From Planctomycetota bacterium (GTDB lineage Bacteria; Planctomycetota; GCA-002687715; CAIWVZ01), in NCBI GenBank assembly GCA_044222185.1, contig JBGANV010000002.1, positions 640,001 to 704,000 on the forward strand: a DNA stretch of 64,000 nucleotides. The letters run 5' to 3'. Position numbers and translations under genes: made by a program. Of this stretch, positions 8,750-18,700 are shown one piece after another (positions within the stretch are counted from its first letter, which is position 1; every line of letters begins with the position of its first letter). The notes under the pieces were generated by a model. That model saw only the letters and a list, made by a program, of their open reading frames with translations. It did no database searches and was not told where the DNA came from.

Positions 8750-9931
8750 TCACGACGACGCTGCGTGGATGGTCTGACGTCCGCGAGCGATCGCCGCGAG
8801 CCCGTCCGACAGATCCTCGACGAGGTCACGAACGTCCTCGATCCCGACCGAGAGGCGGATCAGAGCGTCGCTCAGCCCTCGTGACCGCCGCTCAGCCGCT
8901 GGAATGGACGCGTGAGTCATCGTGGCGGGATGACACACGAGCGACTTCACGCCACCGAGCGACTCACCGAGCTTGAAGAAGCGCCGCGTCGCGACGAACT
9001 CGCGGACCGCTTCTGGTGATGCGTCGAGCTCCACGGAGACGACACCACCGAAACCCGTCATCTGGCGTGCCGCGACGTGGTGGTTCGCGTGCGACTCGAG
9101 CCCGGGATAGTGAACGCGGCAGACGGCGGCCTCCGTCCCGAGATGCCGAGCCACGCGCAGCGCGTTGTCGTTGTGGCGGGCGACGCGCAACGAGAGCGTC
9201 TTCAGGCCTCGAAGCGTCAGCCAGCAGTCGAAGGGCGACGGCACGGCTCCCGTCGCGTTCTGAAGGAACCGGATCGGCGCGAAGTGCGACTCGTTCGCCG
9301 CCAGCACGGCGCCTTGGATCACGTCGGAGTGGCCTGCGAGGTACTTCGTCACCGAGTGGATCACGATGTCGGCGCCGAGGCGGAACGGGAGTTGGTTGAC
9401 GGGAGACGCGAACGTGTTGTCGACCACCAGGAGCGCACCGCGCGAGTGGGCGACGTCCGCCACGGCCCGGATGTCGTGCACGAGCAGCCGGGGATTCGTG
9501 GGACTCTCGAGCCACACGAGCTTCGTCTCCGGGCGGAACGCCGACTGAAACGCGGCGACGTCGTCGAAGTCGACTTGTGTGAACGCGATGCCCTTCCTGC
9601 CGTGGACGGCATTCAGCAGCCGGTACGTGCCGCCGTACACGTCCGCCGAGGTGATGACGTGGTCTCCGGGTCCGACGTGCGCTTGCAGGATGGCGTTCTC
9701 GGCCGCGAGTCCGCTGGCGAAGACGGCCGCGTGCTCGACTCCCTCGAGCGACGCGAGGACGCGCTCGAGGGTTTGGCGCGTCGGGTTGTTCGTGCGCGAG
9801 TAGTCGAATCCCTTGTGCCTGCCCGGCGATTCCTGGGCGAACGTGGATGTCTGGCAGATCGGAGTGGCGATGGAGCCGGTGGTTGGGTCGGGGTCCTGGG
9901 CGAAGTGGATGGCGAGTGTGTCGAAGTGCAT
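8750..9931 (-). CDS. metB: PLP-dependent cystathionine gamma-synthase/lyase (Cys/Met metabolism family)
   Basis: YSRTNNPT, FASG, ESPTNP, VVDNTF, HSVTKYLAGHSD (PLP lysine), ESLGG, IRLSVGIE; synthase vs lyase not resolvable by eye. Confidence 0.85.
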   Translation of the reverse strand: MHFDTLAIHFAQDPDPTTGSIATPICQTSTFAQESPGRHKGFDYSRTNNPTRQTLERVLASLEGVEHAAVFASGLAAENAILQAHVGPGDHVITSADVYGGTYRLLNAVHGRKGIAFTQVDFDDVAAFQSAFRPETKLVWLESPTNPRLLVHDIRAVADVAHSRGALLVVDNTFASPVNQLPFRLGADIVIHSVTKYLAGHSDVIQGAVLAANESHFAPIRFLQNATGAVPSPFDCWLTLRGLKTLSLRVARHNDNALRVARHLGTEAAVCRVHYPGLESHANHHVAARQMTGFGGVVSVELDASPEAVREFVATRRFFKLGESLGGVKSLVCHPATMTHASIPAAERRSRGLSDALIRLSVGIEDVRDLVEDLSDGLAAIARGRQTIHAASS

Positions 9932-9943
9932 GATTTCGCTCCT

Positions 9944-10978
9944 TCAGCGAGCTGCGAGTTGATCGATTCCCGATTCGAGGACGAGCCGGCGGTGGAGTGC
10001 GTGCATGACGCGGCACCCCGCGGGTTGGGCTACGGAGAACGTGATGCGATGGGGCGAGGACGACTCGACCCGCGCCGTTGGCTCCGCGTCCGTCGCGATC
10101 CGCGCTGCGTGATGCCGCCGTTCGGGATCACGCCAGCGGTCGTGGCCGACGAGTGAGATCAGGGCCAGCTCGCGCTCGCCCTCCACGGCCGTCCGCGAAG
10201 TGATCGCCGTGACGGCCGGCGAGTCATCTGGCGGGAGGCGGTGGAGTTCGGTCGCGCGCTCGTCGTCGAGGGCGCGCAAGCGCACGCGGCACGGCTGGGC
10301 GCGAACCCACTGGATGGCGCGATCCTGCAGGAATCGGCAGCCAGCTCGAGCGAGTTCCAGCGCCTCGTCGACCGTGACGTGCGGTCGATGAATGCAGTCC
10401 TCGACGATCGCGGGATCGGCCGAGAAATAGCCCGGGACATCCTTGAAGAACTCGCACGCGTCCGCGCCGAGCGACTCGGCAAGCGCCATCGCAGACAGGT
10501 CCGACCCACCGCGACCGAGAGTCGTGATGCGGTCATCCCAGCTCCGGCCGACGAATCCGGGAACCACCACGACGGGCCATCGGCCCAGACGCGCCTTCAG
10601 GAGGAGAGGATTCACACGGAGGTGTTCCGTGTCTCCCCGCCGTCCGTCCGTCTCGATGCCGATCTGAAGAGGATTCAGCGCGACGGCTCCGATGCCGAGT
10701 CGCCGGAGGTTGAGTGCGAGGAGCGCTGCGCTCGTGACTTCGCCGGTCGAAGCGAGGAGGTCGATGCTGTCTCGCGTCGCGTCGTCGTCGGAGTCAGCCG
10801 GTCCCGCCGAACGCGCGAGCGCGAGAAGCGAATCGGTGACGCCGCGCCGTGCCGAGACGACGGCGACGACCCTGCTTCCCGTCTCGACCGTCGAGCGGAT
10901 CCGCCGAGCTGCGGCAACGATTGCCTCGTCGGACGAGAGAACGGAGCCACCGTACTTCTGGACGAGGAGCGAGGTCAT
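9944..10978 (-). CDS. lysC: aspartate kinase
   Basis: VQKYGGS, VVSA, GE, TTLGRGGSD, DVPGYFSADP; short ACT-like C-terminus; overlaps hom stop. Confidence 0.88.
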   Translation of the reverse strand: MTSLLVQKYGGSVLSSDEAIVAAARRIRSTVETGSRVVAVVSARRGVTDSLLALARSAGPADSDDDATRDSIDLLASTGEVTSAALLALNLRRLGIGAVALNPLQIGIETDGRRGDTEHLRVNPLLLKARLGRWPVVVVPGFVGRSWDDRITTLGRGGSDLSAMALAESLGADACEFFKDVPGYFSADPAIVEDCIHRPHVTVDEALELARAGCRFLQDRAIQWVRAQPCRVRLRALDDERATELHRLPPDDSPAVTAITSRTAVEGERELALISLVGHDRWRDPERRHHAARIATDAEPTARVESSSPHRITFSVAQPAGCRVMHALHRRLVLESGIDQLAAR

Positions 10979-12333
10979 GAGTCACCTCCCGCCGCGGCGA
11001 TCCGGAAGAAGCGCGAGCGAGCGATTCCATCCACGGCGTCCAACGTCTGTCGAACGGAAGCGACCCGGCCAGTCGCTACCGGGCGGGTGATGCCCGCGAC
11101 CGTGTGGGCCCGGCCGTCGACCGTCCTTCTGAGTTCGTCGAAGCGCACGCCGGCCGCCGCGAGGTAATCCAGAAGGTCCGACGGCACGACACGGTCCGCG
11201 TCAGCCGAGACCGAGACGAACCATTGCGGATCCGGCGTCGGGCGCGCGTCTCCGGGTCGCGCCACGATTCGCGATGCGGGCCACGGCGCCGAGCCCCGCG
11301 TCACGCGAAGCACGTCGTCGAGGAGTGCCGCAGCCGTGGGTTCTGGACCCGCTCCGGGTCCCGACAGGAAGATCGGACCCGTGCCGTCGCACGAGAACAC
11401 GATGCCGTTCTCAGGACCTTCGACGGTCGCGAGCGGACCGCGGGCGGGAACGCATGCGGGTGCTACCCACGCGTCGAGATCGGAGCCGGCCCGTGCGGCG
11501 GCAAGCGGCTTGAGCGCGTACCCGAAGTCCGCGGCACTCAGGATGTCGATGCGATCCACGCCTCCGATTCCCTCGACGGCGATGGCCTCCGAGTCGAGCG
11601 CGCGGCCGAAGATCCGCTCGCAGAGCACGGAGACCTTCCGGGCCGAGTCACGCCCGTCGAGGTCGGCACTGGCGTCGGGTTCGGCGAGCCCGAGGCCGCG
11701 CGCCCGCTCGAGCGCGGCCGCGAGCGTGGCCCCCGTTCGTGCCATGGCGCTCAGCACGAAATTCGACGTGCCGTTCAGGATCGCCTCGAACGAACGGATT
11801 TCGCTCGTCTGCAGCGCTCCGTTCAGGACGTGGAACAGGGGAATGCCTGCGGCGACGCTTGCTTCACACTCGATTCGTGCCCCGGCACGTGCCGCAATCG
11901 CCCGCAGGTTCGCGCCGGCGCGTGCCAGCAGTTCCTTGTTGGCCGTGACGACGGGTGTTCCGCGTTGCAGCAGCCTGGAGATCAACGGGACCACGGGCTC
12001 GACGACGCCGGTCGCTTCCACGACGACGTCGAAGATCCGGGATTCGAACTCCGCGGCATCATCGACGATGCGCGACGATCCGCAGCCGGCTTCGCGCGAG
12101 CGGCGCGCGTCACGAACGAGCACGTCCGTGATGACGAACGCGCAGCCGTGGCGGGCAGTGACCTCATCCGCGCGGTCGCGAAGGCGCTGCGCGAACGCTG
12201 CGCCGATGCGGCCCAGGCCGATCAGACCGATGGTGAGCGTGCGCGGCCTCAGCGGGCGAACCCCGAGCGGGTCAGCGGGTGCTGCGGTACGCGCGTCAGG
12301 AAACGGTTGGGTTTGTGAAAGGGTCGACGTCAT
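10975..12333 (-). CDS. hom: homoserine dehydrogenase
   Basis: GLIGLGRIG, VVTANK, EASVAAGIP, ILNGTSNFVL, GLAEPDASADLDGRDSARK, GPGAG. Confidence 0.93.
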   Translation of the reverse strand: MTSTLSQTQPFPDARTAAPADPLGVRPLRPRTLTIGLIGLGRIGAAFAQRLRDRADEVTARHGCAFVITDVLVRDARRSREAGCGSSRIVDDAAEFESRIFDVVVEATGVVEPVVPLISRLLQRGTPVVTANKELLARAGANLRAIAARAGARIECEASVAAGIPLFHVLNGALQTSEIRSFEAILNGTSNFVLSAMARTGATLAAALERARGLGLAEPDASADLDGRDSARKVSVLCERIFGRALDSEAIAVEGIGGVDRIDILSAADFGYALKPLAAARAGSDLDAWVAPACVPARGPLATVEGPENGIVFSCDGTGPIFLSGPGAGPEPTAAALLDDVLRVTRGSAPWPASRIVARPGDARPTPDPQWFVSVSADADRVVPSDLLDYLAAAGVRFDELRRTVDGRAHTVAGITRPVATGRVASVRQTLDAVDGIARSRFFRIAAAGGDS

Positions 12334-12458
12334 GGCGCTTTCTCGAGTGAACTCGGAAAACGCCCGTCGGGGCCTCCGTCACGCGATCGACCGACCATGT
12401 GACGGAGAGAGGTCGGGATCGCGCCTGCCGTTGGGGGACGAGAGGCATCGTCCCGGTA

Positions 12459-12563
12459 CCTTCATCTCTCCCGAACGGGCAGGATTTAGCACCTTGTCAC
12501 GTGGTTGCGCGACAGGCTGCTGCAGCTTCAAAGGGCCAGTCCCTCGGCTGCTCTGGATGAAAG
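12459..12563 (-). ncRNA. SAM-I (S-box) riboswitch
   Basis: Minus strand reads TTCATCCAGAGCAGCCGAGGGACTGGCCCTTTGAAGCTGCAGCAGCC...AAGGTGCTAAATCCTGC...GAGAGATGAA, matching the S-box consensus, upstream of Met pathway genes. Confidence 0.95.
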
Positions 12564-12619
12564 AACCGGTCTCGTTTCAAAAGAACGGCGAAGCCGCACG
12601 GGGCTTCGAACAGGGGCGC

Positions 12620-12648
12620 AGGTTATGGGCGACACCTCCTCGATTCAA
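12620..12648 (-). promoter_or_regulatory. putative sigma70-type promoter for the riboswitch/hom operon
   Basis: TTGAAT-N17-TAACCT on minus strand about 55 nt upstream of the aptamer. Confidence 0.45.
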
Positions 12649-12735
12649 GCCGGTCGGTGTGCAACGGCGTTCGGTCGGATGGCGTGGAGGCTGGAGGTCG
12701 TGCGGAGTTACGGCCGATAGAATGCCGGGCGCGAG

Positions 12736-13662
12736 ATGAAACAAGAACGGGAGCACAACGCGACATCCGCTCCCTTGCTGCGCTTGTTGGCGCGGGGGCG
12801 GCCGGAGCAGGTGTGCGCCGCAGCGATCGTGCTCGGCGCGCTGAAACCTGCGACGCCCCGTGTGTTGCGAGCGCTTCAGCGGGCCTTCGCGGTGGCTCCC
12901 GTGAGCGTTCGCCCGTACGTGCTCGAGGCCATCGGACATCAGGGCCTGAAGGCGGCGATCCACATCCTCGTTCCCATGCTCGTCACCACCGGGCCCACGC
13001 GCGACCAGGCGGCGCAACTCGTCGCCGAATGGGGCGCAGCGGCGGTACCGCATCTGCGACGTGCAGCGGAGAGGCTTTCACCGATCGAGCGCGCCATCCT
13101 CGTTCGTGTCGCGTTGCGCACGGCGTCGCCCGCCGCGATCGATTGGTTCGCGGCGGAACTGGCCCGGAGTTCCGATGGTGCGGCGCGTGCACTGTTCGTC
13201 GCCATGCGCCCGCTGATCCGGAAGCTTGCCGTGTCGCGCCGCCAGGCCCTCGGCCGCGCCCTGCTCTCCGGGATCGAGAGGGATTGGGCGACCATGGGCG
13301 GCGTTGCGCGCTCGGCGCACGTCCGCCTGCTCCGACAACTCACGGCCGCCTCGTTCGCCCCTCGGCTCATGCGAGCGCTCAAGCTGCGGCGCAACGCCGA
13401 TCGTCAGGCTCCCATCCTCGCGATCCTGCACTCGACGCGCATCCCACCGCGCCTGCGCCCGGCGTTGCGTGCGCTCCTCGATCCGCTGCTCTTCGCCCAG
13501 GACGTCCGACTCCTTGCGATGCCGGCGTTCGAGATTCTCGCGCGGCAGTCGCCGCCGCTGCTCGATGCCGAGCTCCTCAGCCGAATCGCCACGTCGGCAG
13601 CCGCGCCTGTGCAGGCTGCGGCGCTCGAGTATGCGGCGAGTGCGGCCACCGTCGCCCGGTGA
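12736..13662 (+). CDS. hypothetical alpha-helical (HEAT-like) protein
   Basis: Ala/Leu/Arg-rich helical repeats (AAAIVLGAL, VLEAIGH, AAVPHL); fills gap between neighbours. Confidence 0.6.
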   Translation: MKQEREHNATSAPLLRLLARGRPEQVCAAAIVLGALKPATPRVLRALQRAFAVAPVSVRPYVLEAIGHQGLKAAIHILVPMLVTTGPTRDQAAQLVAEWGAAAVPHLRRAAERLSPIERAILVRVALRTASPAAIDWFAAELARSSDGAARALFVAMRPLIRKLAVSRRQALGRALLSGIERDWATMGGVARSAHVRLLRQLTAASFAPRLMRALKLRRNADRQAPILAILHSTRIPPRLRPALRALLDPLLFAQDVRLLAMPAFEILARQSPPLLDAELLSRIATSAAAPVQAAALEYAASAATVAR

Positions 13663-13689
13663 TCGCGGAGGGCTTGCGCGCCCGCCGGG

Positions 13690-15441
13690 TCAGAACTGAA
13701 TGATGGCCTGGAAGTAGATCGCGAACGCCGCTTCGCCACCTGCGTGGGGCGAACCGTCGGTGGGCACCGGGAAGAACAACGCGTTCGACATCGCCGTGGC
13801 AGTCTCGCCCGGGAAGAAGATCGACGCGTTGGCGCTGAACAGCACGTTCTCGTTGTAGAAGTACGTGGCGAAGACGTCGATCTCCTGCCCGAACACGCCG
13901 GTACCCCAGCCCTCGTTGTCGGCGGTGATCGCGTACAGGAACCCCGCGCCCAGCTCGATGTCCTCGGACACCAGCATGGACCCCGCGAACTTGGCGATGT
14001 GGATGTTCGCCATGGGGATCTGGTCCATGTTCCCGTAGCGGCCGCCGCCCGGGAAATAGGGGTGCTGGATGTCGTCGCGGTCGACGCGAGTGACGCGTTC
14101 GAAGTGACGGTTGACGTAGAGCGGCTGGAATCCGATGTCGCCCGATGCGAGGCCGTCACCGCCCTGGGCGTAGTAGTAGCCGAGCGCGAGGATCGGCTTC
14201 AGGCTCCCTGCTGGATCGATGCGGTAGTTGATCAACGCCTCGCCGACCCATCCGTGGATCGCGCGCGTATCACCCGTGAGGCTGCGCCGGCTGAACTCCT
14301 CGCCCATCTGATAGGCGGCCTCGAGGTTCAAGGAGAGGATCCCGTCGAAGACCGAGATGTCGGTCAGCAGGACCCGTCCTCCGAGCGTCCATGTCGTCCC
14401 CAGGATCGGTGGCGTGTACGTGCCGTTGAATGCGGACGCCGTCGAACCCGTGACGAAGATGTCGGATGCGTTGGGCCGCGCGTCGAAGTAGATGCCATAG
14501 CCCTCGACGGCCAGATTCTTCGCGAGCTGCGTCTCAACGTAGGCTGCCGCCAGTTCGTCCTCGTCGAAGTCGGAGAACGCGGTACCGAGCCGCCCGTCCG
14601 ACGCCGACTCCTTCGAGTAGAGCGTGGTCAGCGTCAGGTCCTTGCTGGGTGACCATTGGACGACGACCGCATCGTGGACGGTGCCGTCCGCGAACGAGTT
14701 GTTTCCGAGCATGAGCTCGTTCCCGAGGACGACCTCCTGCCGGCCGACCTTGACGTTCATGGTGTCGGCCATGATGTGCTGGAATGCCAGGTAGCCCTGG
14801 TAAAGACCGACCGCTTCGAAGGGTTCGGTGAGGATGTTGAATTGCACCGGCACTGGTACCTGCGTGCTGCTGGCGAAGCGCAGGTAGGAGTTGTTGGCGA
14901 AGGAACCGACCGATTGGAACTCGGTCAGCGCCGTGATCTGCGCGTCATTGGCGCCGCCGCTGGACCGCTCGAGGAGCACGGCGCCGAACCCCAGCCGGAA
15001 ACGGCCATTCAGCAGGATTCCGCTGTCGTCGATCGCCTTGTCGCTGTTGGAGAAATCCACGTTCGCGTGCCGGGCTTCGAAGCGGGTGCGGAAGAGACCG
15101 GTGAAGATCAACCCGCCCTGCAGGGCGCTGAAGATCGATTCGGACGGCGCCGTCTGCCCGACCTGGGGGCGGCGGTAGAAACGGTCGAGCCGCTCGACGC
15201 TCTTTTGGACCGTGTTGATCCGCTCGTTGATCGCGTTGTCCGCCTCGGGGCTGCGCTCGTCGATCTTCTGCTGCATTTCGGCGAGCTTCTGATCGAACTC
15301 GGCTTGCTGATCGGTGAGGCGCCGCTCCAGCTCGGCGACCTTGCGTTGAAGCTCCTGGACTTCCTGTTGACCGAAGAGGGGGCACGCAGCCGCCGGGAGG
15401 AAGAGCGCAACGAGAGCGACACGAGTAAGGGAGCGGTTCAT
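13690..15441 (-). CDS. outer-membrane beta-barrel, alginate export (AlgE-like) family, with N-terminal coiled coil
   Basis: GAGG RBS; signal peptide; coiled coil; GLFRTRFE, LYQGY, VKVGRQEVVLGNELMLGNN, GQEID; C-terminal Phe. Confidence 0.8.
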   Translation of the reverse strand: MNRSLTRVALVALFLPAAACPLFGQQEVQELQRKVAELERRLTDQQAEFDQKLAEMQQKIDERSPEADNAINERINTVQKSVERLDRFYRRPQVGQTAPSESIFSALQGGLIFTGLFRTRFEARHANVDFSNSDKAIDDSGILLNGRFRLGFGAVLLERSSGGANDAQITALTEFQSVGSFANNSYLRFASSTQVPVPVQFNILTEPFEAVGLYQGYLAFQHIMADTMNVKVGRQEVVLGNELMLGNNSFADGTVHDAVVVQWSPSKDLTLTTLYSKESASDGRLGTAFSDFDEDELAAAYVETQLAKNLAVEGYGIYFDARPNASDIFVTGSTASAFNGTYTPPILGTTWTLGGRVLLTDISVFDGILSLNLEAAYQMGEEFSRRSLTGDTRAIHGWVGEALINYRIDPAGSLKPILALGYYYAQGGDGLASGDIGFQPLYVNRHFERVTRVDRDDIQHPYFPGGGRYGNMDQIPMANIHIAKFAGSMLVSEDIELGAGFLYAITADNEGWGTGVFGQEIDVFATYFYNENVLFSANASIFFPGETATAMSNALFFPVPTDGSPHAGGEAAFAIYFQAIIQF

Positions 15442-15608
15442 CCAGTCCTCTCGGCTCCACGGGCCGATCGAGTACAGAAAAAGCTGCGCGTGGACGATCC
15501 TTCTTGTGGGGCGGACGTCGCGTCGTGCGATGGAACCGCACCTGTCTTTCGCCAAGGCACTGCCCCGGGGGCTGTCTCCGATGCTGCTCACCCGCTGGGA
15601 CGGGGCCG

Positions 15609-15637
15609 ATCATGGATTGGACGACGGCTCCTGTCAA
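15609..15637 (-). promoter_or_regulatory. putative sigma70-type promoter for the porin gene
   Basis: TTGACA-N17-CATGAT on minus strand. Confidence 0.5.
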
Positions 15638-15776
15638 GACGCTCTGATCGCGCCAACCGCGCTTCAGCCTTTGCTTTGCCGCTGCCACGGTCCGCTGGTA
15701 GGATCCGCGGCTCGTCACCGCTCCGTGGCGTTTGTCGAGCTGCACGAACGGCCCCTCGGGGGGGGCCGCGCCGGCC

Positions 15777-18700
15777 ATGTCTGACTTTCCACCAGGATTC
15801 ATCCTTGGCGGTCGCTACCGGATCGAAGAGCGAATCGGCGTCGGTGGAATGGCCACCGTCTTCCGTGCCTTCGACCAGACCGGGGGAGGTCTGGTCGCGA
15901 TCAAGGTCCTCAGCAAGGACTTCCTGACACGCAATCCGAAGGAGGCCGAGCGCAACCTCCGGCGGTTCCGCCGCGAGGCCGACATCCTCAAGCTGCTCGT
16001 CGGCGACGCCCACGTCGTTCAATTCGTCGACCAGGGTACGACCGAGGACGGCGAGCACTACATCGCCATGGAGCTCCTGGTCGGCGAGCAGTTGCGATTC
16101 CACATCGGTCGCGGCCGCAATGCCATGGGCCTGCGGACCTTCGTCTATCACGCCCGGCTGATCACCGAGGGCCTGGCAGCGATCCACGCGAAGAAGCTCC
16201 TGCACCGCGACCTCGCGCCCGACAACATCTTCATCGTCAAGACGAAAGAGGGCCTTCCCTGGCCGAAATTCCTCGATTTCGGCATCGGCAAGTCACTGAC
16301 GGACAACCTGGACCAGGTCACCCAGATGCTCACCATCATGGGGAAACCGCAGTACTTCTCGCCCGAGCAGGCCCGCGGGCAGGAGCTGACGGCGCCGGCC
16401 GACGTCTACGCGTTGGGTGTCGTCCTCTACGAGATGGTGACCGGGTACGTGCCGCTGGAAATCCACGGCATCGCCGACCTTCGCAAGATCCAGAAGGAAC
16501 CACCGATCCCCATCTCGAACTATCGCGAGGGGCTCCGTCTTCCCGAGGACCTTCGCAACGTCATCATGCGCTGCCTCGCGAAGAAGCCGGAAGAGCGCCC
16601 GGCGCTCGCCGAGGTTCTCGCGACGCTCGACCGCTTTCAGGTGCGACTCGAGGCCGGGGAGGAGTTCCCACTTCCTGCCAGCGCCACTTCCGGCACGCCC
16701 ACGTCCACGGAGGCGATTGCGCCTTCGACTCAGTCGGAAGGCAGCGCCGTCTCCTCCGCCGCGTCTTCCGCCGCGTTCACCAAGGAATTCAGCGCGGGCG
16801 ACAACATCGGCCGCTTCCAGGTGAAGCAGAAGATCGGGCGAGGCGGGATGGGCGCCGTGTACCTCGCCTGGGACCCGATCCTCCACCGCGAAGTCGCGAT
16901 CAAGGTCGCGTCCCGCGTCGAGGAGGAGAAGGCGCGCCGAGCGGTGCTTCGTGAGGCACGGGCGTCGAGCCACTTGAGCTCGGAGAACGTCGTCACGATC
17001 TACGAGGCGGGAACGGAGGGCGGGGCACCCTACATCGCCATGGAGTACGTCCGCGGGCCCACGCTCGCGGACGTGATCGAGAAGGAAGGGTTCCTCGGAG
17101 GGGACCGCTTCTGGACGTTCGCGCAAGGCATCTGCGAAGGCCTCATCTACGCCCACGAGAACCCCAAGCCGATCATCCATCGCGACCTGAAGCCGGCGAA
17201 CATCCTCTGCGCGAACGAGACGGCGAAGATCACCGACTTCGGCATCGCCACCGTCGCCGCCGGGAAGTCCGGCCCCGCCGTCAGTGATCAGACCGGGTCG
17301 GTGGGCGGCGCCGAAGGCAGTGCGCTCACCATCAGCCCCGAGCAGGCCAACAACAAGCCTGTCGATCACCGCTCCGACATCTACTCGCTCGGTTGCGTCT
17401 TCTACATGATGGCGACGGGTCGCGCGCCGTTTCAGGGCAACCAGATCGCGATCCTCTACCAGCACTCGACGAAGACGCCGGATCCGCCGCAGAAGGTGAA
17501 CCCCAAGCTCGCGCCCGTCGCGCTGGGACCCATCATCCTCAAGTGCCTCGAGAAGGATCCCGCGCAGCGATACCAGTCGGTACGCGAGATCAAGGCGGAT
17601 CTGGAGGCGCTGTTCGTACCCCGAAGCACGGTGGAGAGACCGTGGCATCGGTCGCCGCTGGTTCTCGCGTCGCTTGCTGCCGTGCTGGCCGCGGCGGGGA
17701 TCCTGTTCTGGACCTTCTTCATCCGCAAGCCGCCGGAGGTCGTCACCCGCTTCGACGTCGTCCGCATCGGCGGTGAGCCCTTCCGCCCGGATGCGGGTCC
17801 GACCTTCTCCTACGTCGTCACGACCGACTCCGTTCCGCTGCGCATCTCGGCGACGACCGACGTGCAGCTGATCGCGACGGTGACGTCGAAGACCGACAAG
17901 ACGATCGGTCCGCCCCAGACGATCTCCGTGATGGCCGGCGATCCGCAGCCGCTGAACCTCGTGCTCGGCAAGGGGAGCGGCGAAACGGACGACTACGACG
18001 TGACGATCGAGCGGTCGGACAAGCAGGGCGAGCCGATCACGTTCCACGTCCTGCGCGACGTGAGCCGCCCTACCATCGCCGTGCAGACCTATGGCGCACC
18101 CTTCGTGCCCAACGGCCCCGTGCGAGTCATCCGGTCGCTCCGCCACCTGAACGTCGTCGTCACGGATCCGGCTGGGTTCGACGAGGCCGGCGCGGAGAAG
18201 ACGGTGAAACTCGCGGCGACGGCAAGCCGTCTCGGGCGAATCGAGTCCGAGCTGCTCCCTCCCGAGACCGACTCGAATCTCCGCAAGCTGCGCGTGAAGG
18301 CGTCGGATCGCGCGAACAACGCGTCCGAGATGCTCGCCGACGTGCAGTTCATCACCCCGGCGATCGAGTTCAAGAAACCGTCGACGACGACGCCGACACG
18401 CAACCGCAAGGTTCCCGTGGAGATCGTCGCGCGCGTCGCTGCAAAAGACGGCGTCGTCCCCGGCATCTCCGCCGCCGACATCGATCTGGGCGAACGGGGG
18501 ACGTTCGCCATCACCGTTCGCAGCGGCTCGGAGGTCGTGGAGAAGAAGATCGAACTGAAGCGGGCGCAGGTAGGGTACGCCGGCGAGTTCGAGCTGCCGG
18601 AGAAGCTGGGTACCGACTTCGACTTCTCGATCGAGGTGAGCGTCGACGACGAGGTCCTGGCTGAGTCGGGAACCAGGTTCACGTTCGATCGAACGCCGCC

